64,000 nt of DNA from Clostridia bacterium (GTDB taxonomy: Bacteria; Bacillota; Clostridia; Oscillospirales; CAG-272): the NCBI GenBank assembly GCA_017408585.1, contig JAFQUJ010000016.1, positions 45,094 to 109,093 on the forward strand. The letters are read 5' to 3'. The notes below the pieces were generated by a model, which ran no database searches, was not told where the DNA came from, and saw only the letters and a program-made list of their open reading frames with translations. Numbering within the stretch: position 1 is the first letter of the stretch; each line of letters opens with the position of its first letter. The position numbers and the translations under genes were made by a program. Positions 36,148-47,676 of the stretch are shown in pieces.

Positions 36148-36810
36148 TTATTCGTCCTCGGGGACACCCTTTAGAGCCTCGAGCTGAGCCTTTATCATCA
36201 TGTCCTTGACCTTCATAAGACGGGTACGATTTCCTCTTTCATTTTCCTCCAGCTTCATGGCGATTACCTTGATTGCCCTTTCGTATTGAGGAATCATTAT
36301 ATATTCAAGAGCGTTTACTCTGCGCCTTGTTTTTTCGATTTCGTCGCATAGAAGAAGGGAGGTTTTTTCAAGCTCTGCCAGCCTTACCATGTCGCCTAGC
36401 ATTGAGCTTAGCTTGGATAAAGCGTCGTCGAGCTCTCCTGTGGTGAAGGCATAGCCATAGTTTGCGCCGTTTTCGCTTGACGCATCAAAATGAAATTCGG
36501 GAACGGTGACGCTCATTATATTTCTATAACTGATTTTCAGCTCGCCCTCAGTCCTTGGAAGCATTAGCGCCTCCTGCATCATTTTCTTATCAGTTAGAGC
36601 GCTTGCACTTTCAAAGCCTGTATTATAGGCACGAAATGCCTCGGCAACCTTGCGTCTTAGCTCCTTTGCCTGTTTTACTACCTCGAGGAATTGTCGCATC
36701 AGCTCATCACGCTTATCCTTTAAAAGCTTATGCCCTCTGCGTGCAACGCTTAGGCGTGATTTTAGCTTTTTTAGCTCCATTCTGGTGGGGTTTACCTTAA
36801 TCTCCGCCAT
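36148..36810 (-). CDS. ntpD: V-type ATPase subunit D
   Basis: 220 aa. The N-terminus VNPTRMELKKLKSRLSVARRGHKLLKDKRDEL is canonical for subunit D. Confidence 0.9.
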   Translation of the reverse strand: MAEIKVNPTRMELKKLKSRLSVARRGHKLLKDKRDELMRQFLEVVKQAKELRRKVAEAFRAYNTGFESASALTDKKMMQEALMLPRTEGELKISYRNIMSVTVPEFHFDASSENGANYGYAFTTGELDDALSKLSSMLGDMVRLAELEKTSLLLCDEIEKTRRRVNALEYIMIPQYERAIKVIAMKLEENERGNRTRLMKVKDMMIKAQLEALKGVPEDE

Positions 36811-36830
36811 AGGCTACTCCTTTCTAGTAG

Positions 36831-38204
36831 TTAACTTTCGCTCCAATACTTATCAAGAATTTTGGGCTTTATTCTCTTCATTTCGCTTCTTGGCAATATT
36901 TTAAGAAGCTCCCAGCCGATGTCAAGCGTTTGCTCGATTGTGCGGTTTTCGTAAAAGCCTTGATTTATATATTTTGCCTCAAATTCGTCGGCAAATCTTG
37001 CGTATAGTCTATCGAGTGGCGTTAGAGCGTCCTCGCCTAAAACGACCATTAGCTCCTTTGCCTCCTTGCCTCTTGCGTATGATGAGAACAACTGATTCAT
37101 AACGCCTGAGTGGTCCTCACGAGTCTTGCCCTCTCCTATTCCCTTATCCTTTAGACGAGAGAGTGATGGCAAAACATCAACAGGTGGCATATAGCCCTTT
37201 CTGTACATTTCGCGAGAGAGGATAATCTGTCCCTCGGTGATATAGCCTGTAAGGTCGGGGATCGGGTGAGTTTTATCGTCCTCGGGCATGGTTAGAATTG
37301 GAATCATTGTAACGCTACCCTCACTACCTGTCTTTCTTCCCGCTCTTTCGTACATTGTTGCAAGGTCGGTATAGAGATATCCGGGATAGCCTCGTCTGCC
37401 CGGCACTTCCTTTCTTGCGGCGGACACCTCACGAAGTGCCTCGGCGTAGTTTGTAATATCAGTCATGATTACAAGCACATGCATATTGCACTCAAATGCG
37501 AGATATTCTGCACAGGTGAGCGCCATACGGGGCGTTGTAATTCTTTCAATTGCAGGGTCTGATGCTAGATTTACGAACAGAACGGTTCTATCAATTGCAC
37601 CGGTCTTTTTGAAGTCGGAGATAAAGAAATCCGCCTCCTCGTAGGTAATACCTATTGCGGCAAATACCACCGCAAAGTTATCGTCACTACCCTTTACTCT
37701 TGCCTGTCTTGCGATTTGCGCGCCAAGGTTTGCGTGTGGCAAGCCTGAGCCTGAGAATATTGGGAGCTTTTGTCCACGAACGAGGGTGTTAAGTCCGTCG
37801 ATTGTAGAAACGCCTGTTTGAATAAATTCGTCGGGATAAATTCTTGCGGCGGGGTTCATTGGGTTGCCGTTGATATTTAGGCTCTTTTCGGGAAGAAGCC
37901 TTGCTCCGCCATCGATTACCTCGCCCATACCGTTAAATACTCTGCCGAGCATATCTCTTGATACGCCAAGCTCTACTCCATGGCCTAGGAAGCGAACCTT
38001 ACTGTTTGCCAGGTTAATTCCCGCGGAGCTTTCAAAGAGCTGAACAAGTACATTCGAGCCATTAACCTCGAGGACTCTGCAACGACGAATGCTACCGTCG
38101 GGGAGCTCAATTTCGCCGAGCTCGTCATACTTTACGCCCTCGACCTTCTTTACAAGCATAAGTGGACCTGCAACCTCTTCAATAGTTCTGTATTCCTTTA
38201 CCAT
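36831..38204 (-). CDS. ntpB: V-type ATPase subunit B
   Basis: 457 aa, typical B-subunit sequence ([12 protein letters not shown]..., SGSGLPHN-like). Confidence 0.9.
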   Translation of the reverse strand: MVKEYRTIEEVAGPLMLVKKVEGVKYDELGEIELPDGSIRRCRVLEVNGSNVLVQLFESSAGINLANSKVRFLGHGVELGVSRDMLGRVFNGMGEVIDGGARLLPEKSLNINGNPMNPAARIYPDEFIQTGVSTIDGLNTLVRGQKLPIFSGSGLPHANLGAQIARQARVKGSDDNFAVVFAAIGITYEEADFFISDFKKTGAIDRTVLFVNLASDPAIERITTPRMALTCAEYLAFECNMHVLVIMTDITNYAEALREVSAARKEVPGRRGYPGYLYTDLATMYERAGRKTGSEGSVTMIPILTMPEDDKTHPIPDLTGYITEGQIILSREMYRKGYMPPVDVLPSLSRLKDKGIGEGKTREDHSGVMNQLFSSYARGKEAKELMVVLGEDALTPLDRLYARFADEFEAKYINQGFYENRTIEQTLDIGWELLKILPRSEMKRIKPKILDKYWSES

Positions 38205-39973
38205 TGTGCGCCCTCCTTATTTATCAGCTTGCCAATTTGCTCTACTATTTCGTTTGTAATCTCGGCATATATTTCCTCATACTTATCGGCAGGAGCGCTC
38301 TTTGCTCTTGCAATTTTTTCTCTTACGCTAAGAGAGGATATTTTTTCGATATCTGCGCCTGCCTCAATAGCCTTTTTTGCCTCTTCTCTAAACTTGAAAA
38401 TCAAGGCAAGAAATGCGTTTTGCTGTTTTAGTGGCGTGTATGCGTCATCGGGGTCGAAGGCATCCTGTTGGAGATAATCCTCTCTTATGGAGCGAGCAAC
38501 CTCGAGGGTTAATCTATCCTCAGCACCGAGAGCGTCCATACCAACGAGCTTTACGATTTCGTCGAGCTCATTTTCTGCTTGTAAAACTCTGCTCGCCTCA
38601 ACAACATACTCCTTCCAGCTTGGGCTGACATTGTTTATATACCAATCCTCTAATCTATCCTTGTAGAGTGAATATGAGCTGAGCCAGTTGATAGCCGGGA
38701 AGTGACGCCTGTATGCAAGCGACGAGTCAAGTCCCCAGAACACCTTTACAATACGAAGGGTTGCCTGTGAAACGGGCTCAGAGATATCTCCACCCTGTGG
38801 GGACACTGCGCCGATTGCGCTAAGAGCACCAAGACGGCCATCAGAGCCTATGCAAACAACCTTTCCTGCTCTTTCATAGAATTGAGCAAGACGAGAGGTA
38901 AGGTAGGCGGGATAGCCCTCCTCACCGGGCATTTCCTCAAGGCGTCCTGACATTTCACGAAGAGCCTCTGCCCAACGAGATGTTGAGTCGGCAATTACGG
39001 CTACGCTATATCCCATGTCACGATAGTATTCGGCTATTGTAATTCCTGTATAGATAGATGCCTCACGCGCAGCAACGGGCATATCCGAGGTGTTGGCGAT
39101 AAGAACGGTACGCTTCATAAGCGACTCGCCTGTTCTTGGGTCTGTAATCTCGGGGAATTCGTTTAGAACATCAGTCATTTCGTTTCCACGCTCGCCACAG
39201 CCGATATAAATAACTATGTCAACATCGCTCCATTTTGCGAGCTGATGCTGTACTACTGTTTTACCACTACCAAATGGTCCGGGAACGCACGCAGTTCCAC
39301 CCTTTGCGATTGGGAAAAGGGAGTCTATGTTTCTTTGTCCTGTTATCATTGGCTCAAGTGGTGGAAGCTTTGTCGCATATGGTCTTGCAACACGAACGGG
39401 CCATTTTTGCATAAGGGTTATTTTATGCGTTTTTCCATTATCGAGAGCGACCTCTCCGATTGGCTCATCAACTGTGTATTCGCCATCTGCGATTTTGGTG
39501 ATTTTTCCGCTCATTTTAGGCGGGAGCATTATTTTATGCTTGATTACCTCGTTTTCATCGACAACGCCCAAAATATCGCCACCTGTGACGATATCTCCTA
39601 CCTTGACGCTTGAAGTAAAGCCCCATTTTTTCTCTCTGTCAAGGGCGGGAATGTCTGCTCCCTTTAGAATATTAGCTCCCCACAGCTCCTTCATTTTGAT
39701 AAGGGGGCGCTGTATTCCGTCATATATGCTTGTTATAAGTCCAGGGCCTAGCTCAACGGACAAGGGTGCGTCAGTTGACACTACCTTGTCGGCTCTTCCT
39801 ATTCCTGCTGTTTCCTCATATACCTGAATTGATGCTCTATCGCCGTGCATTTCGATGATTTCGCCAATTAGCTTATCGTTTCCTACACGGACAACATCGA
39901 ACATATTTGCCTCACGCATACCATCAGCTATAACTAGAGGTCCTGAAACCTTAACGATTTTTCCTTCTGTCAT
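38198..39973 (-). CDS. ntpA: V-type ATPase catalytic subunit A
   Basis: 591 aa. Walker [10 protein letters not shown] and the non-homologous insert typical of A subunits. Confidence 0.9.
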   Translation of the reverse strand: MTEGKIVKVSGPLVIADGMREANMFDVVRVGNDKLIGEIIEMHGDRASIQVYEETAGIGRADKVVSTDAPLSVELGPGLITSIYDGIQRPLIKMKELWGANILKGADIPALDREKKWGFTSSVKVGDIVTGGDILGVVDENEVIKHKIMLPPKMSGKITKIADGEYTVDEPIGEVALDNGKTHKITLMQKWPVRVARPYATKLPPLEPMITGQRNIDSLFPIAKGGTACVPGPFGSGKTVVQHQLAKWSDVDIVIYIGCGERGNEMTDVLNEFPEITDPRTGESLMKRTVLIANTSDMPVAAREASIYTGITIAEYYRDMGYSVAVIADSTSRWAEALREMSGRLEEMPGEEGYPAYLTSRLAQFYERAGKVVCIGSDGRLGALSAIGAVSPQGGDISEPVSQATLRIVKVFWGLDSSLAYRRHFPAINWLSSYSLYKDRLEDWYINNVSPSWKEYVVEASRVLQAENELDEIVKLVGMDALGAEDRLTLEVARSIREDYLQQDAFDPDDAYTPLKQQNAFLALIFKFREEAKKAIEAGADIEKISSLSVREKIARAKSAPADKYEEIYAEITNEIVEQIGKLINKEGAQW

Positions 39974-39988
39974 ACCTTGTTATACCTC

Positions 39989-40306
39989 TTAATCCTTATA
40001 CAATATATCTGCGCCAATTGCTCTCACAACCGCGTCCTTTAATATTTCCTCTCCATAATCCGTGCCACTATCGTCGGGAATGGGGACTATTGACGGAACG
40101 GGTGAGGATGAGTATTTTTCTATTGTTTCCTTGATTTGCGCACAAAGTGATTGGGTGATAAATATTACCGCATAGCCGTTATGCGCCATTTTATCGATAC
40201 ATTCCGACGCCGTCTCTGCATTATCTGCCTCGAAAACGCCAAAGCCGAGCGCCATAAAGCCGAGCACACTACTGCGAGGTCCTACTGCTCCGATTTTATA
40301 TGTCAT
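39989..40306 (-). CDS. V-type ATPase subunit F
   Basis: 105 aa, in the operon position between C and A. KIGAVGPRSSVLGFMALG is F-like. Confidence 0.8.
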   Translation of the reverse strand: MTYKIGAVGPRSSVLGFMALGFGVFEADNAETASECIDKMAHNGYAVIFITQSLCAQIKETIEKYSSSPVPSIVPIPDDSGTDYGEEILKDAVVRAIGADILYKD

Positions 40307-41283
40307 ATGCGCACCCTCTCTCTTATTTTATCCTCGTCAAGCCCCATTGCGAGTCCTGCGATTATTATTCTTGCATTTTTTGCCTCGTAGAGCGTATTTA
40401 CAAGATAAGAGCACACAACCTCGACACCAAACGGAACATATTTTACCTCGTCGATAAGTGACATATATTTCATATCTAGCGCTCTTTCAAGCCTTGAAAA
40501 GCTATATTCGTTGCCAAGGGAGCGAATGGTATCTCTCAGCTCGCTTCCCTCGAGTGCGTCAATAAGGGAATATTCCTCGTCGCTTAGCACTCTTTCAAGT
40601 CTTTCGTAGGCAATTTCGCCACCATCAATAAACGCCATATTAAAAGTGCTTATTTTATCGGCGATTTCGGATTTTAAAATTCTTTGTAGAGTTGATATAT
40701 TTATGCTATCTATTCTTAATTTTATGAGCGCTTGTGCTAAATCACAGCCACAGAGTCTTGAATTTTCAAGCATATCGGCAAAGCACGCCTTATCGATTAT
40801 CAAATCGATCACTCTTGCGTCCCCTGTTCTTGAATACGCCTCGTACGCCTCATCTACTGCTCTTACCATATTGCTTGGCAAAACGCCTTCAAGGCGTCGA
40901 GCCTCGAGTGCCTCCTTTAGAGCCTTAGCATCTACTGTGCCAATTTCGTATAGCATTCCATCAACACTCATTTTACGAATAGAGCCTTTAATTAACACCT
41001 TTAAGTTACAGGCATCATATTCGTACAGTAAAAAGTCAAAATATTTCGGCTCGGGAGCGCCCTCTTTTACTAGCTCAAAGGCTTCCCTTACTCTTTTATC
41101 AAAATGATTTTCGAGCGCCTCTCTTTCGCTTTCGCCATCAAGGGTGACACCCGATATAGCGCACAAATCCAAAAGCGATTTCGCGTCAAGATAGCTCTTC
41201 ACTCTTGCGTAATATGTGGTTTGCCCCTCTCGCGCCTTTATTCTAGCGGAGATATACATATATTCCGTATCCTTGAGTGCCAT
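40303..41283 (-). CDS. ntpC: V-type ATPase subunit C (d-type)
   Basis: 326 aa. Operon position and helical-repeat character. Confidence 0.8.
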   Translation of the reverse strand: MALKDTEYMYISARIKAREGQTTYYARVKSYLDAKSLLDLCAISGVTLDGESEREALENHFDKRVREAFELVKEGAPEPKYFDFLLYEYDACNLKVLIKGSIRKMSVDGMLYEIGTVDAKALKEALEARRLEGVLPSNMVRAVDEAYEAYSRTGDARVIDLIIDKACFADMLENSRLCGCDLAQALIKLRIDSINISTLQRILKSEIADKISTFNMAFIDGGEIAYERLERVLSDEEYSLIDALEGSELRDTIRSLGNEYSFSRLERALDMKYMSLIDEVKYVPFGVEVVCSYLVNTLYEAKNARIIIAGLAMGLDEDKIRERVRI

Positions 41284-41310
41284 TCCTTTTTCCTTTCTTG
41301 CACATAAGTA

Positions 41311-41961
41311 TTAGAATAGTGCTTGAATTATTTTACCCTCGCATCTTGCCCTTGCTTCATTTACAAGCGCAGTAAGCGAGCAATTTATTTCTATATCGTT
41401 GCATTTAAGAATAAAGCCACCGTCAATATCGGCTGTTTGCTTAGACAAAACGAGCTTTATTGATTTATCAATTTTCTCCTTGACAGTGGTGAAGATTTTC
41501 CTTGCGTTACCATTTTCGGTGTCGCGAGAATTGAAAATCACCTCGTACTCAATGTCAAGCTCCGCCTCCTCCTCGCCATACAGCTCAAGGATATGCTCCT
41601 TTGAGGATTTCCTTTCGCCTATTGCATATGCAAGGGCGTTAGAAACAAGCTCTATATATTGATTTTTCGGCATTGAGAGGAGCTTTTCAAGCGACATTTT
41701 AAACGCTTTATCTATAAGAGCGGTTTTTGCCTCTAAAATGATATTTCTCGCCTCAAGCGAGCTAGAGGATTCGGCACGCATAAGAATTTCCTCTGAGACC
41801 CTTTCGGCTCTTGAAATATACACGAGCTCCATTCTCATAATTTCATCTACTGCCTCTGCCTTTAATCTTTCGATTTCGCTTGTGGTTTCGTCCTCACATT
41901 GCTTTGCCTTTTCTTGTGCATCGGATATGATTTTTTGAATTATTTTATCAAGTCCGTTCAT
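41311..41961 (-). CDS. ntpE: V-type ATPase subunit E
   Basis: 216 aa, with an N-terminal long charged helix and a C-terminal globular domain. Confidence 0.8.
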   Translation of the reverse strand: MNGLDKIIQKIISDAQEKAKQCEDETTSEIERLKAEAVDEIMRMELVYISRAERVSEEILMRAESSSSLEARNIILEAKTALIDKAFKMSLEKLLSMPKNQYIELVSNALAYAIGERKSSKEHILELYGEEEAELDIEYEVIFNSRDTENGNARKIFTTVKEKIDKSIKLVLSKQTADIDGGFILKCNDIEINCSLTALVNEARARCEGKIIQALF

Positions 41962-41974
41962 AAAGACTCCTTAA

Positions 41975-42469
41975 TTATGCGATTGCTGATACATCTACCA
42001 AGAAGATGGGAAGAAGTGAGATAAGAAGTGCGAAGATTGCGTAGGTTTCAACAAGAGCGGCTGACATGATTGCCTTTACTAACTCATTTGGGCGCTTTGC
42101 GATTAGGTTTACGCCAGCTGCTGCTACCTTGCCTTGAATTATAGCTGAAACAAGACCTACGATTGCGATTGGAAGTGATACCATTAGATAGAATGCGCCT
42201 TGACCTGTGGTAAGGGAAACTGCGCCACCGAGGAAGCCTGCCTTCCATAGAATTAGGAATGCGGTTACAAGTCCGTAAATGCCCTGTGTGCCGGGGAGTG
42301 CCTGTAAAAGCATTGCTTGACCGAATTTAGATGGGTCCTCTGCGAGCATTCCGCTTGCCGCCTTACCAACAATTCCAACGCCCTTTGCGCTTCCTATGCC
42401 TGATAGGATTGCTGCAAGAGCAACGCCGATTAGGGCGATGTTTGTTCCTGAAAAAATTTGCTGTAACAT
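41975..42469 (-). CDS. ntpK: V-type ATPase proteolipid subunit K (4 TM, duplicated hairpin)
   Basis: 164 aa. LPGTQGIYG, IQGKVAAAG and the ion-binding Glu in LVETYAI. Confidence 0.9.
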   Translation of the reverse strand: MLQQIFSGTNIALIGVALAAILSGIGSAKGVGIVGKAASGMLAEDPSKFGQAMLLQALPGTQGIYGLVTAFLILWKAGFLGGAVSLTTGQGAFYLMVSLPIAIVGLVSAIIQGKVAAAGVNLIAKRPNELVKAIMSAALVETYAIFALLISLLPIFLVDVSAIA

Positions 42470-42491
42470 AAAATTATCTCCTTTTTAATTA

Positions 42492-44459
42492 TCATATATC
42501 TTTTTTAGATTTAAATAGAACATATTTGCTTTTTGGTGCTACCAGCTCAAAGGGTGTTCCACCCTCCTCGTAGAATTTACCAAAAAATTCGATATACTGC
42601 AAGCGACTTGCGTGAACGAATGTGCCAAGAAGGTTGATTACCATATTTAGTGTGTGTCCTATGAGTAGAACTATTATTAAAAGTAGGTAGCCAACAATAT
42701 TTTCTCCACCGAGGCTTGCAATTATATTTACAACCTTTGCAATTACTGCCGAGGCAAGTCCCAGCGCAAGAATACGAGTGTAGGACAAAAGATCGGAGGC
42801 GTAGCTTGTTATGCTATACAGGCTACCCACGCCCTTGACGATTTTCATAAGAATATTCTTTTGTGCCCTACCCTGTGTGAGAATAAGCATGAGAACTCCT
42901 GTAAGAGCTGTTATTAGTCCCACCTTGGTATTAAGGAGTGCCAAAGCAATTCCGACAAATACGACAATCCAGCTTCCAACATCGAAGATGGCTGAGAAAA
43001 TTTGCCTTTGCTTTATCAAAATTACCATTTTGACAATCATTCCCGTTATCATATGAATTGCGCCAACCGCAACGGATAGAACGAGGAAGGTCATTGGATC
43101 TTGAATTGGGTCAAACCAAATTGCGACATTGGCGTCGATGCCGAGCACGGTGCTCGGAAAATCTCCTAAATATCCGCCGAGGATTGCTCCCCACACGGCG
43201 CATGAAATTCCGCATATTGCGAACATTTGGAAGAATTTCTTCATTGTTCCTCTTGGGTAGAGGAGCTTAATTGCCAAGAAGCAACCGAGAGCGAGTATAA
43301 TTCCATAGCCTACATCGGCGAACATAAGTCCAAATATAATCGTGTAGAATATACTCATTATAAATGTTGGGTCAAAGGTTTTGTATTTTGGTAGTGAATA
43401 TAGTGAAATTACAGGCTCAAAGGCTGATGCGAATGCGTTATTTTTGATAAGCACCGGTACATCGTCCTCGGGCGATGGGTCTTCAAGCTCGTATGCTGAG
43501 TCGAATTTTTTAAGAAGCCCCTGTACCCTTTCGCATGATGCGACAGGAGTCCAGCCGTTGATTATGCACACGCTACCTGCTATTGCTAGCTTTTTTCGTG
43601 CCTCAAGCTCGACAATTCTTGTCATTATTATATCGTGAGTTATCTCGAGCTGAGCCTCAAAGCCTACAAACGAGGCGATTTGTGCCTTTATTTTTTCTAT
43701 ATTTTCAAGATTTTCATTTGCCCTCTCCTCAAGTGCCAAAATAGCATCATCTATTGTGCCATCTATGCTCGGGAGATTGCTAGGTGAAAAGCCCTTAGAT
43801 AATAGAATTCTAAGTGCGTTTTCCGTATCGGATTTATGAGAAATCACGCTGACATATTGGGCGTGCTTATCCGCACCTACTCTTATCACCTCAGCAAGAG
43901 CGCTTTTTTCAAGCTCACGATTGATTTGAGCTATATTAGCCTTTTTGCCCAGTGTGCCAAGGGTAAGGTCGGTATAGGCTGTTCCTCTTACATTAAGCGG
44001 TACGCCATAGCCCTTCCACGCAAGAAGTCCGTGATATTCATCTCCTATTGCGATTTGCTCCGCTTTTTTATCGGAGAGCATTTTTGATAATCGAAGTATT
44101 TTATCAAGCTTTGAGAGCGCTACCTCGTATCTACCGGAATCGACAAACTCATCAAAATCAATCTCGCTTGGCGGTGAGAAGGGCTTTTTCTTTACCTTTA
44201 GGGTTATGTGCTCTCTGTACGCCTTCGTATCATAAGAGGCAAGAAGCTTCATTGCCTCTTTTATTTTTTGAAGAGTGCGATTGTATTCTGTGATTTGGGC
44301 ATCTAGCTCTGTCGGTCTTTCAAGGGTGACGCCATCAAGTCCATCACTCTCGGTCTGTCTTATATCGACGCACGAAAGCCACATAAGCCTTCGCACAAGA
44401 GCCTCCGCCTTACTCGCTTGACAAATTACCGTGAATTTCTTCATTTCGGTTACTGCCAT
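42492..44459 (-). CDS. ntpI: V-type ATPase subunit I (a-type stator/channel subunit)
   Basis: 655 aa. Soluble N-terminal half plus a polytopic C-terminal half with the conserved Arg region (SYTRILALGLA). Confidence 0.9.
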   Translation of the reverse strand: MAVTEMKKFTVICQASKAEALVRRLMWLSCVDIRQTESDGLDGVTLERPTELDAQITEYNRTLQKIKEAMKLLASYDTKAYREHITLKVKKKPFSPPSEIDFDEFVDSGRYEVALSKLDKILRLSKMLSDKKAEQIAIGDEYHGLLAWKGYGVPLNVRGTAYTDLTLGTLGKKANIAQINRELEKSALAEVIRVGADKHAQYVSVISHKSDTENALRILLSKGFSPSNLPSIDGTIDDAILALEERANENLENIEKIKAQIASFVGFEAQLEITHDIIMTRIVELEARKKLAIAGSVCIINGWTPVASCERVQGLLKKFDSAYELEDPSPEDDVPVLIKNNAFASAFEPVISLYSLPKYKTFDPTFIMSIFYTIIFGLMFADVGYGIILALGCFLAIKLLYPRGTMKKFFQMFAICGISCAVWGAILGGYLGDFPSTVLGIDANVAIWFDPIQDPMTFLVLSVAVGAIHMITGMIVKMVILIKQRQIFSAIFDVGSWIVVFVGIALALLNTKVGLITALTGVLMLILTQGRAQKNILMKIVKGVGSLYSITSYASDLLSYTRILALGLASAVIAKVVNIIASLGGENIVGYLLLIIVLLIGHTLNMVINLLGTFVHASRLQYIEFFGKFYEEGGTPFELVAPKSKYVLFKSKKDI

Positions 44460-44770
44460 AGCGATTTTATCTCCTCAATGATTATATTAACTGCCTCGTC
44501 CATGCCCTGCTCAGCGTGGGTGATAAGCTCCTGTGCCTCACCACGAGCGACACGGAGTCGATTTTCCGCAAGCTCGTTTGCTTGCCTTGTTGCGACCTCT
44601 ATTCTATCGTTATAAATTCTTTTGAAGCGCTCCTCGGCATCTAGCTTGGATTTTTCTATTTCTCTTACAGTTTGCTCGATGCGATATTTAGCCTCGGTCT
44701 TGGCGTTTATAATAAGCTGAGCGCCATTATCCTCTGCCTTCTTTATCTCTCTTAAAGCGTCGTTTGTCAC
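44450..44770 (-). CDS. V-type ATPase peripheral-stalk subunit (G/H-like; NtpF-equivalent)
   Basis: First gene of the operon. A single long charged helix. Probable GTG start at 44770, 6 nt after AAAGGAGG; the ORF-track ATG at 44797 lies upstream of that RBS. Confidence 0.7.
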   Translation of the reverse strand: MTNDALREIKKAEDNGAQLIINAKTEAKYRIEQTVREIEKSKLDAEERFKRIYNDRIEVATRQANELAENRLRVARGEAQELITHAEQGMDEAVNIIIEEIKSLWQ

Positions 44771-44996
44771 ACACAACACCTCCTTTATAATGCGCATTTT
44801 ATTAGCATTACATAAATTTTAGCATATTTAATGATTAATTTCAACATTTTTCCATAAATTACCTTTATACAATTATTAGTTTTTGTGGAAAAGCAAAATT
44901 TTTCGCTGTTTTCAAAAAATTTTTATATCTTGCTTGAATTAGCTTGCCCAATATGATAAAATAAATGTGTATCGCCATTTGAAGGGAGGATTTTTT

Positions 44997-47171
44997 ATGT
45001 ATCTTATTATTGCTGAGAAGCCGTCGCTTGCCAGAAATATTCTTGCGGGCATAGAAAGGGTTCAAAATGATGAAATGAAAAAGCATAATGGATATTACGA
45101 GGGTGGAAATTACATTGTCACCTGGGTTTTTGGTCATTTATTCTCCTTGGCGGATATTGAGGATTATTCTCCCTCCGAAAATACAAAATGGTCAATGGAC
45201 AACCTTCCTTGCTTTCCTAAGGAATTCAAGTTCAACTTAAGGCGTGGCGCTGACAAGAAGGTTGATGCAGGTGTCAAAAAGCAGTTTGACATTATCAAGT
45301 GGCTTTGCAACCGTCAAGATGTAACCGCAATTGTAAATGCAGGTGACGCTGATCGCGAGGGTGAAATTATTGTTCGTCTTTGCGTTTCTCATGCGTTAAA
45401 GGACACATCAAAGAGCTTTGTTCGTCTTTGGCTACCTGATCAAACGCCTCAAACCATATCTCAGGCGCTTTCTGAAATGAAGGACGAGAGTGAATATGAC
45501 TCTCTTGCGAGCGAGGGCTTGGCAAGAACATATATTGACTGGCTCTATGGAGTTAATTTAACCAGATTTGCAACTCTTAAAACAGGAAAGCTTTTACGAG
45601 TTGGTCGTGTTATTGTTCCTATTGTTAAGGCGATTTACGACAGAGATAGCGAAATAAAGCATTTTGTTCCTGAAAAATATTATGTTATGCATTCACACGA
45701 AAAGACAAATGATGAATTTGTCGATTTGACTGCTAAAAGAAAATTTAAAAAGGAAGAATATGAGCAGATTGTAGCGGAGTGTGCAAAATACAATGCTGAG
45801 AGGGCTATTGTTACCTCGGTAAAGAAAAAGCGCTCTACTTTAAATCCGCCCAAGCTATTCTCATTATCTAAGCTTCAAAGCTATCTTGGCAAGAAGTTTA
45901 AGCTGTCCATGGACGACACGCTGACAACCGTTCAAAAGCTATATGAGGACGGATATGTTACTTATCCTCGTACAAACTCTGAGTATCTTGCGACAGCTGA
46001 GCAGGGAAAGGTTAAGACTATTCTTCAAAATGTAGCAAAGCTAGGCTACCCTGTGTCGTTTAAATTCTCAAAAAGCATTTTTGATGACTCTAAAATCGAA
46101 TCTCACTCCGCGCTTACTCCGACATATAAAATTCCCGATCCCAGCAAGCTAAGCGATCGTGAAAAAATCGTTTACACTGCTATTTTGAGAAGATTTGTGG
46201 CGGTATTCTGCGCACAGGATTGTATTATTGAAAAGAGCGAGATAAAAATAAAGGTTGGCTCACTTGAGGAGTTTACTCTTTCGGGAACTGTTATAATCGA
46301 GCCGGGCTGGACAAAATTTGACGATTACACTCAAAAGGATAAAATTCTTCCAAGGCTTGAAAAGGGCGACGAGGTTGTTATTAGCTTCAAGCCAACCGAG
46401 AAGGAAACCACTCCGCCTAAGCACTACACTATTGAAACGCTCAACAACTATCTTAAAAATCCATTTAAAGAGGATAAGGCGAGCGCTGACGAGAATGACG
46501 ACGAGGATTATCTCGCTATTTTCGAGGGTCTTGAGCTTGGAACTGAGGCGACAAGAACGGGCATTATCGAAAATGCGTGCAAGAGTGCTTATATTTCTCT
46601 TAAAAAGGACTCATATTATATTTTGCCAGATGGTGAGTATCTTATTGAATCACTATCTCAGCTTGGAATTATAATGGACAAATACAAGACCTCTGAGCTG
46701 GGACAGGCGCTTAAAAAGGTATTTCGTGGTGAGATGACAATTGAGGAGAGCGTAGCTCTTGCCGAGGCAGAGATTGCAAAGGTATTTAACCTCTCTCGCG
46801 ACCTTACAATATCAATTGAAGAGGACACCAACATTGGCTTTTTTGGTGATGTTGTGGGACTTTGTCCTTTGTGCGACGGAAATGTTGTTCGCACTAAATT
46901 CGGCTATGGCTGTTCCAACTTCCGTGAGAATGGCTGTAAATTCTCCATATCTAAAACGATTTGCTCTCGCACGATTTCGGTAGCGAATGTTAAAATGCTT
47001 TTAGCGACGGGCAAAACGAGTAAAATCCAAGGCTTTGTATCTAAAAACGGCAAGAAATTTGATGCTGTTTTAAGGCTTGACGCAGATGGCAAGGTGGTAT
47101 TTGATTTTCCAAATCCAACACCACAATCACAGCCACAGGATGCGCCAAATGGTACAAGGGCGAAAAAATGA
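44997..47171 (+). CDS. topB: DNA topoisomerase III with C-terminal zinc-ribbon repeats
   Basis: MYLIIAEKPSLARNI Toprim start. Active-site region YEDGYVTYPRTNSEYL. C-terminal CPLCDG...C..FRENGCKF. ATG at 44997 follows AGGGAGGA. Confidence 0.85.
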   Translation: MYLIIAEKPSLARNILAGIERVQNDEMKKHNGYYEGGNYIVTWVFGHLFSLADIEDYSPSENTKWSMDNLPCFPKEFKFNLRRGADKKVDAGVKKQFDIIKWLCNRQDVTAIVNAGDADREGEIIVRLCVSHALKDTSKSFVRLWLPDQTPQTISQALSEMKDESEYDSLASEGLARTYIDWLYGVNLTRFATLKTGKLLRVGRVIVPIVKAIYDRDSEIKHFVPEKYYVMHSHEKTNDEFVDLTAKRKFKKEEYEQIVAECAKYNAERAIVTSVKKKRSTLNPPKLFSLSKLQSYLGKKFKLSMDDTLTTVQKLYEDGYVTYPRTNSEYLATAEQGKVKTILQNVAKLGYPVSFKFSKSIFDDSKIESHSALTPTYKIPDPSKLSDREKIVYTAILRRFVAVFCAQDCIIEKSEIKIKVGSLEEFTLSGTVIIEPGWTKFDDYTQKDKILPRLEKGDEVVISFKPTEKETTPPKHYTIETLNNYLKNPFKEDKASADENDDEDYLAIFEGLELGTEATRTGIIENACKSAYISLKKDSYYILPDGEYLIESLSQLGIIMDKYKTSELGQALKKVFRGEMTIEESVALAEAEIAKVFNLSRDLTISIEEDTNIGFFGDVVGLCPLCDGNVVRTKFGYGCSNFRENGCKFSISKTICSRTISVANVKMLLATGKTSKIQGFVSKNGKKFDAVLRLDADGKVVFDFPNPTPQSQPQDAPNGTRAKK

Positions 47172-47221
47172 TTTATGAGGGGCAGGGCTCTTAGCGCATC
47201 TGGGAGTGCTTGACTTAACAA

Positions 47222-47662
47222 ATGAATATAGTTATACGAGAGGCGAATTCTATCGACATAGAAAATATCGCCTATATTGAAGAGGAGTGCTTCTCTACTC
47301 CTTGGTCTGCGAAATCTCTTTTTGAGTCATTTTCGCACACACCATGGCACTTTTTTGTTGCAGAGTGTGACGGAAGGGTTGTTGGCTATGGTGGTGTATA
47401 TTTGATTCTTGACGAGGGGCAGATTTCAAATATTGCGGTTCTTCCTGCGTTTCGGGGGAAGCAAATCGGCTTTAAAATTTTAGACAGAATAATCACTCTC
47501 TGCAAAAACGAGGGCTGTGCAAAAATAACCCTGGAGCTTAGAAAATCAAACACTATCGCGCGCTCACTTTATGAAAAATGTGGGTTTGTTGCGGTTGGTG
47601 AGCGACCCAACTTTTATTCAAGCCCCTGCGAGAGTGCAATTTTAATGGACAAGAGCCTTTAG
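47222..47662 (+). CDS. rimI: ribosomal-protein-alanine N-acetyltransferase
   Basis: 146 aa GNAT protein (IAVLPAFRGKQIGFKIL), located immediately upstream of tsaD. Confidence 0.8.
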   Translation: MNIVIREANSIDIENIAYIEEECFSTPWSAKSLFESFSHTPWHFFVAECDGRVVGYGGVYLILDEGQISNIAVLPAFRGKQIGFKILDRIITLCKNEGCAKITLELRKSNTIARSLYEKCGFVAVGERPNFYSSPCESAILMDKSL

Positions 47663-47676
47663 GCTATGAGGAAATT

